DNA of 64,000 nt from positions 2,290 to 66,289 of the forward strand of contig JACPKP010000003.1 of NCBI GenBank assembly GCA_016186955.1. The letters run 5' to 3'. Shown here piece after piece: positions 1 through 9,817 of this stretch. The DNA comes from Candidatus Daviesbacteria bacterium. GTDB taxonomy: Bacteria > Patescibacteriota > Microgenomatia > Daviesbacterales > UBA10151. Position 1 is the first letter of the stretch. Each line of letters opens with the position of its first letter. Position numbers and translations under genes: made by a program. A model generated the notes under the pieces. That model was given only the letters and a program-made list of their open reading frames with translations. It searched no databases and was not told where the DNA came from.

Positions 1-425
1 CTGCTATTGTCCCCCAGTATTTAAAAGAATGGCCAACATCACCCTGCGCCCCTAATATAGTTTATGATTGGGAAAGCTGGTTAAGCTGGGGTGAATCTTC
101 AAGTACCTGGACGCCAATTGTCAGAATCAGCCTGAGAAGAGTAAAACTTTCTGACGGTTCACCGGATGACACCACAATCTATTATGCATGTGTACAGCCC
201 AATAAAAACGGTTCCTGTACCTGCAATGATTACACCCCAACATTTCCTGACCAGCATTTTTGCAAGGGATATGCCCCGATTGAAGATGCACCTAAGGATT
301 TAAAATGTGATTATATGATGGATACTACCAGGTTCCCGTCTTACGGCCATTTTTAAACACTTGGTTGTTCGTGTGGTTTGATGTATAATAACCCCATCTT
401 AATAGAAAGTATGAGGTAAACATGC

Positions 426-1541
426 GTGACAAATATGACAATGGCCGAACTTTTGGCCAAACAGGACTTTCAACCTAAATTTTTAAAATACTCAAGAGGA
501 CAGGAAATTGAAGGAAAAGTAGTAGCTTTACTATCCCATGATATCATCCTTGATTTGGGGACCAAATCAGAAGGCGTCCTTCCTAAAAAAGAGCTTGGGC
601 CAAACATCCTTGAATCTATAAAACTTGGTAGCAGGTTGAAGGTGTTTGTCATCCAGACAGAAAATGAATCCGGCCAGGTAGTTTTAAGCTCTGACAAACC
701 AACGCAGCAATCCAGGTTTGACAGAAGTGGCCAAGCGCAAAGCCATGGCGCCAGGAAAAACCTACAGTGGAAAAAATTTGAGGACGCCCTAAAAAGCGGG
801 GTAATTTTGAAAGGGATTGGCATGGAAGTAAATAAAGGAGGTTTAGTAGTTGAGGTAGACAGAACCAGGGGTTTTCTCCCCTCATCCCAGGTAACCCTTT
901 CACAAGCTGCTGACCTGGATAAGCTGATTGGTAGGGAATTGGAATTGACCGTGATAGAGGTTGACCCCAACCAGAACAGGCTTATTTTTTCCCAGAAAAC
1001 AAATATATCAGAAGATATTAAAAGTAAACTTACAACATTAAAGATAGGTGATACCGTAGAAGGGTCAGTAGCTGCGATCTTGCCTTTCGGGATATTTGTC
1101 ACTATTGAAGGGCCGGATTTTAGCGGAGTTGAAGGCCTGGTGCATATCTCAGAGGTTTCCTGGGAAAAACAGGAAGATATCTCGTCTTTATTTAAAGTGG
1201 GCGATAGTATCAAAGCCAAAATTTTATCTGTTGATAATACTCTGGGGAGGGTTAGTTTATCAATAAAACAATTGCTTAATGACCCCTTCGTACAACTTAT
1301 TGAAAAGTTTCAGGCAGATGATATAGTAAAAGGAAAAATCAGCAAAATCAGCGCAATCGGGGTAAATGTAGATTTGGGTGAAGGCATTATAGGATTGATA
1401 CACAGTTCTAAGATGGAAGGGGATACAAAATATCAGGTTGGCCAGGAAATTACCTGTATGGTTGACAGTGTTGACAGTGCAAAACGGAAGATTAACCTGG
1501 CGCCTTTTATTACTACCACCAAGGGACTGATATATAAGTAG
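426..1541 (+). CDS. rpsA: 30S ribosomal protein S1-like RNA-binding protein (four S1 domains, short form)
   Basis: 371-aa ORF with repeated S1-domain signatures (GxxVxGxV...G.L..S...; 'GDTVEGSV','GLVHISEVSW','GKISKISAIGVNVDLGEGIIGLIH'). This is the typical truncated S1 seen in reduced genomes. Confidence 0.65.
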   Translation: MTNMTMAELLAKQDFQPKFLKYSRGQEIEGKVVALLSHDIILDLGTKSEGVLPKKELGPNILESIKLGSRLKVFVIQTENESGQVVLSSDKPTQQSRFDRSGQAQSHGARKNLQWKKFEDALKSGVILKGIGMEVNKGGLVVEVDRTRGFLPSSQVTLSQAADLDKLIGRELELTVIEVDPNQNRLIFSQKTNISEDIKSKLTTLKIGDTVEGSVAAILPFGIFVTIEGPDFSGVEGLVHISEVSWEKQEDISSLFKVGDSIKAKILSVDNTLGRVSLSIKQLLNDPFVQLIEKFQADDIVKGKISKISAIGVNVDLGEGIIGLIHSSKMEGDTKYQVGQEITCMVDSVDSAKRKINLAPFITTTKGLIYK

Positions 1542-1786
1542 CCGGTATTTAAAAAGCCTCGGGATCAAATTCTTTTTTGCCGATTACTTCTGCTACCAGT
1601 TTAGCTTTTTTCTTATCTTTTATTAAAAGACGGGTCCCTATTGAAATTTTGTTTAAATAGTCAGACAAATTATTTCTAAATTCACTTATAGAAACAGTTA
1701 AAGTCAGAAGTACATATTGTACAAATCGTCAAGCTTGCTATTAAAAATTGTTATGTTGTGTAGAGTGGATTCTTCACTGTGCTCAG

Positions 1787-1858
1787 TCGGGGTGGAGAGA
1801 ATTGAACTCTCTGCCTCTCGGACCCGAACCGAGCGGTCTACCGATGACCTACACCCCG
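1787..1858 (-). tRNA. tRNA-Pro (anticodon CGG)
   Basis: Reverse complement folds as a cloverleaf: acceptor CGGGGTG/CACCCCG, D-arm GGTC-ATCGGTA-GACC, anticodon stem CTCGG/CCGAG with loop TTCGGGT (CGG, G37), T-arm GAGAG-TTCAATT-CTCTC, discriminator A. No encoded CCA. Confidence 0.8.
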
Positions 1859-1932
1859 TTAAACAACCATAACAAAACAATCTTAATTATACATTATTGA
1901 CAAAATGATAGACGATCGTACAATGTTTTGGC

Positions 1933-2463
1933 ATGAGAATCAATAAAGGAAGTTTAAGCAGTATTATTTTAAGTATTTTAGAAAAATCTGTGGATGGATA
2001 TGTTAGGTTTGAGGATTTTGCCAGTAATCCCGGCCTTTATGCATATTATGGACGCTGGGAGAAAAATCTGCCAAAAAGTGGTTTTGCTAAAGCGATAGCT
2101 AGGCTTAAGGCAGGTGAACTGGTAGAAAAGGTAAAAGTAGATAACCAGATGATTGTAAAACTTACTAACGTTGGGGAACAGTTTCTTTTTGATAATAATT
2201 TAAAAGATGACGGATGGGATGAGAAATGGAGGATAGTAATTTTTGACATTCCTGAGCAGAAAAGAATTATCAGAAACCTTTTCAGGAGAAATCTTAAGAA
2301 ATGGGGGTTTAAGCCTCTGCAAAAATCAGTCTGGATCAGCAAAAGGGATGTTTTTGAAAAATTAACACGGTATATTAGCGATTTGAAGCTTGAACCCTAT
2401 ATAACTGTGATTGAGTCCAACAAGATTCTTCCTCCCATAATGATGTACGATCGCACAACATAA
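1933..2463 (+). CDS. PaaX-family / Cas2-fold winged-helix regulator-like protein
   Basis: 176 aa. The C-terminal 'WRIVIFDIPEQKRIIRNLFRRNLKKWGFKPLQKSVWIS' matches the PaaX_C/Cas2-like core. It sits between two tRNA genes, with CGATCG-containing palindromes at both ends of the gene (1903-1918, 2445-2459). Confidence 0.45.
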   Translation: MRINKGSLSSIILSILEKSVDGYVRFEDFASNPGLYAYYGRWEKNLPKSGFAKAIARLKAGELVEKVKVDNQMIVKLTNVGEQFLFDNNLKDDGWDEKWRIVIFDIPEQKRIIRNLFRRNLKKWGFKPLQKSVWISKRDVFEKLTRYISDLKLEPYITVIESNKILPPIMMYDRTT

Positions 2464-2602
2464 TGGGAATTTTGTTTTAGAGGTCAGAACTGTTAAAATT
2501 TAAAGTAAGCAGGAACAATGTTACGAGTTTTGCGGTTCGTCTTGCCCTACGAATTCTTGTTGATAGGTTCAGGTGCGAAGCGCGTAAATGTTAATTTTTC
2601 CT

Positions 2603-2678
2603 GCCGTCGTAGCTCAATGGACAGAGCTACCCCGTCCTAAGGGGTAGGTTGGAGGTTCGATTCCTCTCGACGGCGCCA
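2603..2678 (+). tRNA. tRNA-Arg (anticodon CCT)
   Basis: Acceptor GCCGTCG/CGACGGC, D-arm GCTC-AATGGACA-GAGC, anticodon stem ACCCC/GGGGT with loop GTCCTAA (CCT), T-arm GGAGG-TTCGATT-CCTCT, discriminator G, encoded CCA. Confidence 0.8.
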
Positions 2679-2679
2679 A

Positions 2680-3366
2680 ATGAAGACAACGTTTCTAGTT
2701 AGGTTTCTGGCTTATTTTTTTATCATAGTTGGTTTTCTGGCCCTGGTTTTTGAATTTGGGCCGGTTGCTCAAACAGAGTTTACTTACAGGTATAATAAAT
2801 TTTTTCAAGTGAGATATGTTATACAACCTGTTGTTGGTGATATTACCCAAACACAGCCACCCCCATCAGATACCGGTGGAGTTGGTTTTGGGCAATTAGG
2901 CGCACCAACCGAAAAGATAATCCAGCCTGTCAGTACAGAGTATGGGATTGTAATAGAAAAAATTAATGCCAACGCAAAAGTTGTGCCGGATATAGATGTC
3001 GGCAATGAAAAAGAATATGTTAAAGCCCTGCAAACAGGGGTTGCAGAGGCCAAAGGATCAACCAAACCAGGGGAAAACGGCAACCTGTTTATCTTTTCCC
3101 ATTCAGCCGACGCACCATGGAATATAGTGCGTTTTAACGCTATTTTTTATCTGTTGCGTGAGTTAAACCCCGGGGATCGGGTGATAGTTTTTTACCAGGG
3201 AAGAAGATATGATTATGAGGTTTTTGATAAAAATATCACAGACCCGAAAGATATAAGTTATCTAGTTAACCGTTATGATAAACCTGTTTTGACGCTGCAA
3301 ACCTGTGATCCGCCGGGTACGCTGTCCCGCAGGTTAATTGTCCGGGCCAAGCTAATGGGGAGTTGA
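2680..3366 (+). CDS. sortase family transpeptidase
   Basis: N-terminal TM anchor. Catalytic His region ('LFIFSHS') and the signature 'LTLQTCDPPGT' (TLxTC) with the catalytic Cys. A downstream conserved Arg is present ('RLIVRAKL'). The ORF starts 2 nt after tRNA-Arg. Confidence 0.8.
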   Translation: MKTTFLVRFLAYFFIIVGFLALVFEFGPVAQTEFTYRYNKFFQVRYVIQPVVGDITQTQPPPSDTGGVGFGQLGAPTEKIIQPVSTEYGIVIEKINANAKVVPDIDVGNEKEYVKALQTGVAEAKGSTKPGENGNLFIFSHSADAPWNIVRFNAIFYLLRELNPGDRVIVFYQGRRYDYEVFDKNITDPKDISYLVNRYDKPVLTLQTCDPPGTLSRRLIVRAKLMGS

Positions 3367-3421
3367 GCAAATTTTAAATTTCGAATTTTAAATTAAAAAT
3401 TATTGTTGTACAATAAAAGAT

Positions 3422-4606
3422 ATGAGTAAACGTTTTTTGACCACCCTTCTGACGCTGGTTGTTATTGGCCTCTCTGCTGTGGTGGCTATATTCCTGGCTA
3501 AGGGATATCGGCTTTCGCCGGATACAAAAACAGTCTCAGGGACAGGCATATTATCAATCACCTCTATTCCTGACCAGGCATCTGTTTACCTTGACGGGCA
3601 TCTTACCACGGCAACAAATGACAATATCAACTCATTGCCCCCAAAAGTTTATAAAGTAAGAATAGTTAAAGAGGGTTTTATCCCGTGGGAAAAAGACGAA
3701 GAAGTAAAGGCAGGTTTTGTGACTGATGTTAAAGCAACACTTTTCAGGTCAATACCCTCAATTTATCCTTTAACTTATACAGGGGCTGTCAATCCGGTTC
3801 TTTCTCCTGATGGCCAAAAATTAATTTATGAAGTTCCGGTTTTACAAAACGCCAATCCGTTGGAGCTCAAAAGAGCCGGCCTTTGGGTGTGGCAGATGAG
3901 CAGCGAGAGGGCCATCTCTTTAAACAGGGGGGCGGAGCCCCACCAGATTGCCCAAAATATTCCGGGGCTGGATTTTACTAAAGGTCAATTTAAATGGTCA
4001 CCTGATTCTAGCCAGGTGATGGTTACATTTGCTGACAGGGTTTTGCTTCTAGATACCAACCGTTTCAACGATCTGCCCAAAGATATAACAGCCACAGCCG
4101 GGTCTACGAATAAGCAATGGGAGAATGACCAAAAGGCTAAAGATACAGTCAGGCTGGCTTTAATTAAAGATATGGGCATTAGGAAGGAAGCATCATCGGC
4201 AGCTTTCCTGAAATGGGCTCCTGATGACAGTAAGTTTATGTACTCAAAAGATGGTAAAGATAATTTCAAAGTGGTTAATTTAGGGGCAGGTAAAGACGCT
4301 GTATCTGCCAGGCAGGTGGGCTTGCCCCAAAACAAAGGCATTTACAGTTGGCTTGCCGATTCCGACCATCTGATTTTAGTAGAAACACAGAGTGATATAC
4401 CTGAAAATGAAATTAGTTTAGGCGGAATACCCGGCAAGATCTCGATTTTGGAATATGATGGGTTTAATAAGTCAGAGATTTATGCCGGTAACTTTAACCC
4501 TGATGCTGTATTTGCCTGGCCGGATTCGTCAAGGTTGGTGATTTTATCTTCGGTGCCAACCGCGACTGCCTCAGAACCTAATTTATTTGGAATTAACCTC
4601 AAATAA
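3422..4606 (+). CDS. PEGA domain-containing membrane-anchored protein with C-terminal beta-rich domain
   Basis: N-terminal TM helix, then a PEGA-type domain ('ITSIPDQASVYLDGHLTTAT...KVYKVRIVKEGFIPWEKDEEVKAGFVTDVKATLF'). Adjacent to the sortase. Confidence 0.6.
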   Translation: MSKRFLTTLLTLVVIGLSAVVAIFLAKGYRLSPDTKTVSGTGILSITSIPDQASVYLDGHLTTATNDNINSLPPKVYKVRIVKEGFIPWEKDEEVKAGFVTDVKATLFRSIPSIYPLTYTGAVNPVLSPDGQKLIYEVPVLQNANPLELKRAGLWVWQMSSERAISLNRGAEPHQIAQNIPGLDFTKGQFKWSPDSSQVMVTFADRVLLLDTNRFNDLPKDITATAGSTNKQWENDQKAKDTVRLALIKDMGIRKEASSAAFLKWAPDDSKFMYSKDGKDNFKVVNLGAGKDAVSARQVGLPQNKGIYSWLADSDHLILVETQSDIPENEISLGGIPGKISILEYDGFNKSEIYAGNFNPDAVFAWPDSSRLVILSSVPTATASEPNLFGINLK

Positions 4607-4609
4607 CGT

Positions 4610-5620
4610 ATGTTTTTTAAAAAAAGGGAAAGATCAACCAGAGGAGGGGTGCTGGGTATATTTAGGCTATTTTTGAGCCTGGTGATAATGTTTATCCTGG
4701 GGTTGGGCCTGCTGCAGGCCTACAGGTCATTTTCAGGGATTGACCCTTTGACAATAAACCCGAAATCCCTTGTGAAAAATATTTTCACCAGTGATTCCAT
4801 ATATAAGCTCGTCACGAGTCTACTTTCGGTAAATCCTACCCTGCAAATTTCTGATGCAAAAAAAATCCTGGGTCCCTCAAAAGACAAGGTTGCTGTCAAA
4901 ACTAATACATTATTCAAGTTTGCAGTTATAACAGACTCACACACAGACTATCAAAATCTATCAAAAGCACTACAACAGGCAAAACTTTCAGGTGCAAAGT
5001 TTGTTGTCGGGTTGGGTGATTTTTCTGATGTAGGTACGCTAAGCGAATTACAGGAAACAAAAAGCGCCTTCGATCTTGCAGGGCTGCCTTATTATATAAC
5101 TGCTGGAGACCATGACCTATGGGACTCAAGGGACAAAAAATCCCCGCCGGAGGAAAATTTTAAAAAAGTTTTTGGCTCACCCTACCAGTCTTTTGCATTT
5201 GAAAATACCAGGATAATTTTGGTCTACGACAGTGATAATTATTTTGGGCTTGATTTAATGCAGCTTAACTGGCTTGAACAGGAGCTGGAAACAATGAAAC
5301 TTCAGCCCTACAAACAGCAGTTTATTTTTACCTCTATACCTTTGTACCATCCATCATCAGACCATATCATAGGCAAAACAAACCCTAAATTAAAAGATCA
5401 GGCAGACCACCTGATCAGTATTTTTCAAAAAAACGGTATAGAAGAAGTTATTGCCGGAGACACCCATCTCTTTTCCAGGTATACTGAACCCAATACCGGT
5501 ATGAAGATGACCACAGTAGGCGCAGTAACCTCAAGCAGGAATCCACAGGCGCCCAGGTTTGCCATAGTTGATATTTTTGATGACGGCAGCTACAATATTG
5601 AAGATGTGGAGATTAAATGA
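4610..5620 (+). CDS. calcineurin-like metallophosphoesterase
   Basis: Motifs 'ITDSHTD','GLGDFSD','TAGDHDLW','AGDTHLF' match the MPE signature (D-x-H...GD...GNH[DE]). N-terminal TM segment. Confidence 0.7.
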   Translation: MFFKKRERSTRGGVLGIFRLFLSLVIMFILGLGLLQAYRSFSGIDPLTINPKSLVKNIFTSDSIYKLVTSLLSVNPTLQISDAKKILGPSKDKVAVKTNTLFKFAVITDSHTDYQNLSKALQQAKLSGAKFVVGLGDFSDVGTLSELQETKSAFDLAGLPYYITAGDHDLWDSRDKKSPPEENFKKVFGSPYQSFAFENTRIILVYDSDNYFGLDLMQLNWLEQELETMKLQPYKQQFIFTSIPLYHPSSDHIIGKTNPKLKDQADHLISIFQKNGIEEVIAGDTHLFSRYTEPNTGMKMTTVGAVTSSRNPQAPRFAIVDIFDDGSYNIEDVEIK

Positions 5621-6123
5621 TTGAACAAACATTAGTATTGATAAAACCTGATGGTGTAAAACGCAGTTTGATCGGTGAGATCATTAAAAGATATGAAAGC
5701 GCTAGTTTGATCGTGGTTGACCTTAAATTGTTGCGGGCTGAAAAAGATATTGTTGGCCAGCACTATCCCGAGGAAGATGAATATATGATCTCATTAGGTA
5801 AAAAAAGCGCTGCTGCCGGGGATGAGGTTGGTGATTTTAAAGAGCACGGTAGGATGATAGTAAGGGCTTTGAGGGAGTATATTACATCCGGTCCTATTGC
5901 CGCGGTAGTGTTAGAAGGGGATGATGCTATAGCCAGAGTCCGCAAAATTACAGGCTACACAGACCCCAAATCTGCAGACAAAGGGACAATAAGGGGAGAT
6001 TTAGGGGAGGACTCAATACTGGAAGCAAACCGTGAGAAAAGACCGGTGAAAAACCTTATTCACGCATCCGGTACGATGGAGGAAGCTAAAAGGGAAATTA
6101 AGCTTTGGTTCCCGGACGCGTAA
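5617..6123 (+). CDS. ndk: nucleoside diphosphate kinase
   Basis: 'TLVLIKPDGVKRSLIGEIIKRYE' and the active-site region '...IHASGTMEEAKREIKLWFP' (N-x-x-H[AG]SD-type). Carries a lineage-typical internal insertion. Overlaps the upstream gene by 4 nt. Confidence 0.75.
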   Translation: MIEQTLVLIKPDGVKRSLIGEIIKRYESASLIVVDLKLLRAEKDIVGQHYPEEDEYMISLGKKSAAAGDEVGDFKEHGRMIVRALREYITSGPIAAVVLEGDDAIARVRKITGYTDPKSADKGTIRGDLGEDSILEANREKRPVKNLIHASGTMEEAKREIKLWFPDA

Positions 6124-6161
6124 TTAGTATTTCCCGCAACATCGTTTGATACAATACTCAT

Positions 6162-7550
6162 ATGGCTCGGACTTCATCCATCTATGTTTGCCAGCAATGC
6201 GGGTATCAGTCTCCCCAGTTTTTGGGGAAGTGCCCGCAATGCCAAACATGGAATTCACTGGTGGAGGAAGTGGAAGAAAGTAAAAAGTCAAAGGTCAAAG
6301 GTCAAAAGTATGGTAGCTCTGGAAGAGCTTCCGTCATAAATTTAGTTGATGTACAAAAAGAACATTATGATAGGATAAGTACTGATATCGGGGAGTTTGA
6401 TAGGGTATTGGGTGGCGGGATAGTCAGGGGAGCAGTAGTGCTTATCGCAGGAGATCCGGGGATAGGGAAAAGTACTTTATTGACACAGTTAGCGCTAAAT
6501 GTCAACCTCTCCATGCAATCTAAAAAAAAGATTGCCACGTCCTCCGATGGACATCGGAGTCCTCGCAATGACATAGGAGGGGTGCTTTATATTTCAGGCG
6601 AAGAATCTGCCCACCAGATTAAGCTGAGGGTGGAAAGGATCAAAAAAAATGCTGATTTGGCTGTTTTAAATGAAGTTGATGTAGATGTTATCTCTGAGGC
6701 TATCAGCCTCACCAGGCCTGGTCTTGTGATCGTAGATTCAATCCAAACTCTGGTTACAGGGGACCTGGCGTCTGTAGCAGGTTCTGTCGGCCAGGTTAGG
6801 GAATGTGCAAACAGGCTGCAAAGGGTTGCCAAGGCCAACCATATCCCGGTGTTTATAGTTGGTCATGTGACAAAAGAAGGTACGGTAGCAGGCCCCAAGA
6901 CGCTTGAGCATCTGGTTGATGTAGTGTTAAGCCTGGAAGGTGACCCGCAAAGCAGTTACAGGATACTCAGGGGGGTTAAAAACAGGTTTGGTTCAACAGA
7001 TGAGGTTGGCATTTTTGATATGGGCAGTAGCGGGATGACAGGGGTGGAGAACCCATCCAGGATTTTTCTCGAATCAGAAAGCCATAGGGTAAAAGCTCCG
7101 GGGTCGGTTGTGGCGGCTATCATGACAGGGCTGCGGCCAATCTTGGTCGAGATTCAAGCTTTGGTGACTAAAAGCAACTTGGCTATCCCCAGAAGGATTG
7201 CCCAAGGTATAGATAATAACAGGTTGGTGCTGTTGATAGCGGTCTTATCTAAAAGATTGGGTTTACCGCTTTTTGACAAGGACATATTTGTCAATATTAC
7301 CGGCGGGATTAAAGTCTCTGAGCCTGCCTGTGACCTTGGAGTTTGCATGGCTGTTGTGTCTTCTCTCAAAGAGCAGTTGGTCAAACAGGGGACGGTTTTT
7401 ATTGGGGAGGTGGGGCTTTTGGGTGAGCTAAGAAACATCAGGGAGTTAAGCAAAAGGACAAAAGAGGCTAAAAAACTGGGGTATACAAATGTTATTTCAC
7501 CGGAGAATGCTAAGTCCCTTGATGAAGTTTTGAAAAAAGTGCTAGAATAA
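6162..7550 (+). CDS. radA: DNA repair protein RadA/Sms
   Basis: N-terminal C4 zinc ribbon ('YVCQQCGYQSPQFLGKCPQCQTWNS'), Walker A 'GDPGIGKST', KNRFG motif ('GVKNRFGSTDEVG'), and a C-terminal Lon-protease-like domain. Has a ~30-aa insertion after Walker A. Confidence 0.85.
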   Translation: MARTSSIYVCQQCGYQSPQFLGKCPQCQTWNSLVEEVEESKKSKVKGQKYGSSGRASVINLVDVQKEHYDRISTDIGEFDRVLGGGIVRGAVVLIAGDPGIGKSTLLTQLALNVNLSMQSKKKIATSSDGHRSPRNDIGGVLYISGEESAHQIKLRVERIKKNADLAVLNEVDVDVISEAISLTRPGLVIVDSIQTLVTGDLASVAGSVGQVRECANRLQRVAKANHIPVFIVGHVTKEGTVAGPKTLEHLVDVVLSLEGDPQSSYRILRGVKNRFGSTDEVGIFDMGSSGMTGVENPSRIFLESESHRVKAPGSVVAAIMTGLRPILVEIQALVTKSNLAIPRRIAQGIDNNRLVLLIAVLSKRLGLPLFDKDIFVNITGGIKVSEPACDLGVCMAVVSSLKEQLVKQGTVFIGEVGLLGELRNIRELSKRTKEAKKLGYTNVISPENAKSLDEVLKKVLE

Positions 7551-7554
7551 ATAT

Positions 7555-8514
7555 ATGAAAGCAAAAGAGCTGTTGGAAAAAACCCAAGAAGATGCCCGTG
7601 AGGATGAAAGTAAGCTATTTTCCCAAGCAGATGAGCACAAACCATCTTCCCAGGAAGAGAAAGTTGAGGAAGCTTATGAAAACATTACCAGAAAAATTGA
7701 AGCTTTAAGGCATGACGACGATGGATATGAGCAGCAACAACAGGAACAGGAACAGGGACAGGAAGAGGGAGAGGACGAAACAATCCCAACCTATACAGTA
7801 CCTGACCGCTTGGCAGACCCGGAATTCAGTAAGCCAGAAATAACAGATTTAAATTCAAAAGAAGAAGGAATAAAAGAAAAGGGGATAGAAGAAGACCAGA
7901 CTCTGGATGATTTAGCCCGGGAAGAAGAAATGATTTCTGAAACGCCTGTGCGTGAGGAAAACCAGGAAGACAGTTTTTCTATCCCTAATTTGCATTCACC
8001 AAGGCCGACATTGAATTTCCAATACCGGGAGCGTCCGGTCCAACCTGGGAAGAAACCCTCAAGGAACTTTTTATGGTTGGCAATAGTTGGTTTAGGGGTT
8101 ATTGCAGTTGCTGTATACCTGTTGAAAAACCAATCTCTCAGCCCTAAAAACCCCTCTCCCTCTCCTTCAGCTGCTTTGGTTATACCATCCCCCCAACCAA
8201 CCCCGACACCAATACCAACACTCAGCCCGGAGCAGCGGGGTAAATATAAGGTTAGGGTTTTAAACGGTACCTCTAAAACAGGCATGGCTGCCTCTGTATC
8301 CGCCCGTCTCAAAGCGCTGGGTTACCAGACAGGCAGGGCTGCCAACGCGACTAATTCTGCTTTTACTAAAACATTAGTTAGGGTTAAGGCTGAAAACATC
8401 AGTCTGGCTGACCAGCTTATCAAAGACCTTCTCCCTGATTTTGACGCCTCAGCCAGTTTAGATTTAAAGGGGTCAGAGACAGTTGATGGGGAAATTATAC
8501 TTGGAATTAGATAA
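7555..8514 (+). CDS. membrane protein with acidic low-complexity N-terminus, Pro-rich linker and C-terminal LytR_C-like domain
   Basis: E/Q-rich N-terminus, single TM ('FLWLAIVGLGVIAVAVYLL'), 'PSPSPS...PTPTPIPT' linker, and a C-terminal 'KVRVLNGTSKTGMAASVSARLKALGYQ...' LytR/CpsA/Psr C-terminal-type domain. Confidence 0.5.
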   Translation: MKAKELLEKTQEDAREDESKLFSQADEHKPSSQEEKVEEAYENITRKIEALRHDDDGYEQQQQEQEQGQEEGEDETIPTYTVPDRLADPEFSKPEITDLNSKEEGIKEKGIEEDQTLDDLAREEEMISETPVREENQEDSFSIPNLHSPRPTLNFQYRERPVQPGKKPSRNFLWLAIVGLGVIAVAVYLLKNQSLSPKNPSPSPSAALVIPSPQPTPTPIPTLSPEQRGKYKVRVLNGTSKTGMAASVSARLKALGYQTGRAANATNSAFTKTLVRVKAENISLADQLIKDLLPDFDASASLDLKGSETVDGEIILGIR

Positions 8515-8634
8515 TCTCAAATCTTCGATCGCAAATCGCAAAGCTTTACACTTGCCCCGCTTTGTGGCAAAATACCTCTAGCAAGGTTCATACAATCTGG
8601 AATTATCACCCCTTGCTAAAGGAAATTATCTTTA

Positions 8635-9615
8635 ATGCGGATCCGCAGGTTTTCATTCCCAAGGCTGCGCCGCGGGATTGCCAGGACATTTAATGAACCA
8701 AGCTTACTGAAGCTTATTTTAAGGCTTATTTTGGCTTTTACCTTTGCACTGCCTGCTTTTATATTTTCTGAAGTCATCCCTGACCTGCCGCCTATACACC
8801 ACTCCATAATCAGAATTGTAATTACGTTATGGTTTGGTCTATTAGGATATGGTTTGTTTACAGACTTGGCCAGAATTGTTACTGTCAACACCATTGAATT
8901 GATAAACAAATTTGTATCCAGGTTAACAATTGAAGTGATGGACCAGTTTTTAAGGCTGCCGCGCCAAAATACCATTTCAGCGCCTTTCCCTTCCCAGGCC
9001 CCTTTAGGCGGGGTTTCAGTCAACCAGCCGTTGATTTTAGACACTTCAGCAATAATTGACGGTAGGATACTTGATATAGCAAAGAGCGGGTTTTTATATG
9101 GTATGATCCTGTTACCCACCTTTGTATTATCCGAACTACAGCAGGTGGCAGACAGCGCTGATTATTTAAAAAGAAGCAGGGGGAGAAGAGGGTTTGAAAT
9201 TATTGAAGACTTAAAGAAAGTCAAAGGTATCAGGATTGAAGCCTGGGATAAAGAGCCAAGTTACAGCAAGGGAGGGGTTGACGATAAGCTGTTAAAACTT
9301 GCCAAAAGCCTGCATGGCAAGATTATCACGACAGATTATAATTTGAACAGGGTGGCAACTGTGGCTAATGTGCCTGTTTTAAATGTAAACGACCTGGCCA
9401 ATGCAGTAAAAACCCTTTGTATACCAGGGGAAAAGCTGAGTGTTAAGGTAGTCCATGTCGGCAAAGACCCAAAACAGGGGGTAGGGTATTTGCCTGATGG
9501 CACTATGATTGTGGTTGAAAATGGCGCTGATCTGGTTGGTATACAGATACAGACAGAAGTCAGTAGAGTGATACAGGTCCCGGCAGGCAGGATGATCTTT
9601 ACTAAGAAAGTGTAA
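8635..9615 (+). CDS. PIN/TRAM domain-containing protein (YacL-like)
   Basis: N-terminal TM helices, a PIN domain ('LILDTSAIIDGRILDI...ITTDYNLNRVATVANVPVLNVNDLANA') and a C-terminal TRAM-like beta-barrel ('GEKLSVKVVHVGKDPKQGVGYLPDGTMIVVENG'). The start codon is uncertain. Confidence 0.65.
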   Translation: MRIRRFSFPRLRRGIARTFNEPSLLKLILRLILAFTFALPAFIFSEVIPDLPPIHHSIIRIVITLWFGLLGYGLFTDLARIVTVNTIELINKFVSRLTIEVMDQFLRLPRQNTISAPFPSQAPLGGVSVNQPLILDTSAIIDGRILDIAKSGFLYGMILLPTFVLSELQQVADSADYLKRSRGRRGFEIIEDLKKVKGIRIEAWDKEPSYSKGGVDDKLLKLAKSLHGKIITTDYNLNRVATVANVPVLNVNDLANAVKTLCIPGEKLSVKVVHVGKDPKQGVGYLPDGTMIVVENGADLVGIQIQTEVSRVIQVPAGRMIFTKKV

Positions 9616-9817
9616 TTGCATTTTGATTTTGTTTGTGCTATATTCCAACAGACTATAACTTCCTGCTGCTGTCTAATTCAAACTGCTACAAAAACTGTCC
9701 GGAAAGGTATATACATGCTTTTATACTGGGGGATTTTTACTGCAGGATTATATATTGGTATGATACTTTTTTTTATAATTTTTTCAGATAAGGAAGAGTA
9801 GTACAAGCTATTTCAAA

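Noticed and set aside
470-1219. 249-aa and 84-aa ORFs on the minus strand inside the S1 gene, and the 102-aa minus-strand ORF at 1260-1568
   Set aside because: They are antisense to a well-supported S1-domain gene, have no recognisable motifs, and are low-complexity. These are shadow ORFs.
1933-2463. Cas2 (CRISPR adaptation) assignment for the 176-aa protein
   Set aside because: No cas1, no other cas genes and no CRISPR array nearby. The N-terminal winged-helix extension fits PaaX-type regulators better.
3459-3659. 66-aa alternative-frame ORF inside the PEGA-protein gene
   Set aside because: It overlaps a longer ORF with domain support. No independent evidence.
9616-9801. 61-aa hydrophobic ORF downstream of the PIN/TRAM gene
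   Set aside because: Short, no motif, and could be a chance ORF in AT-rich DNA. Not listed as a feature.
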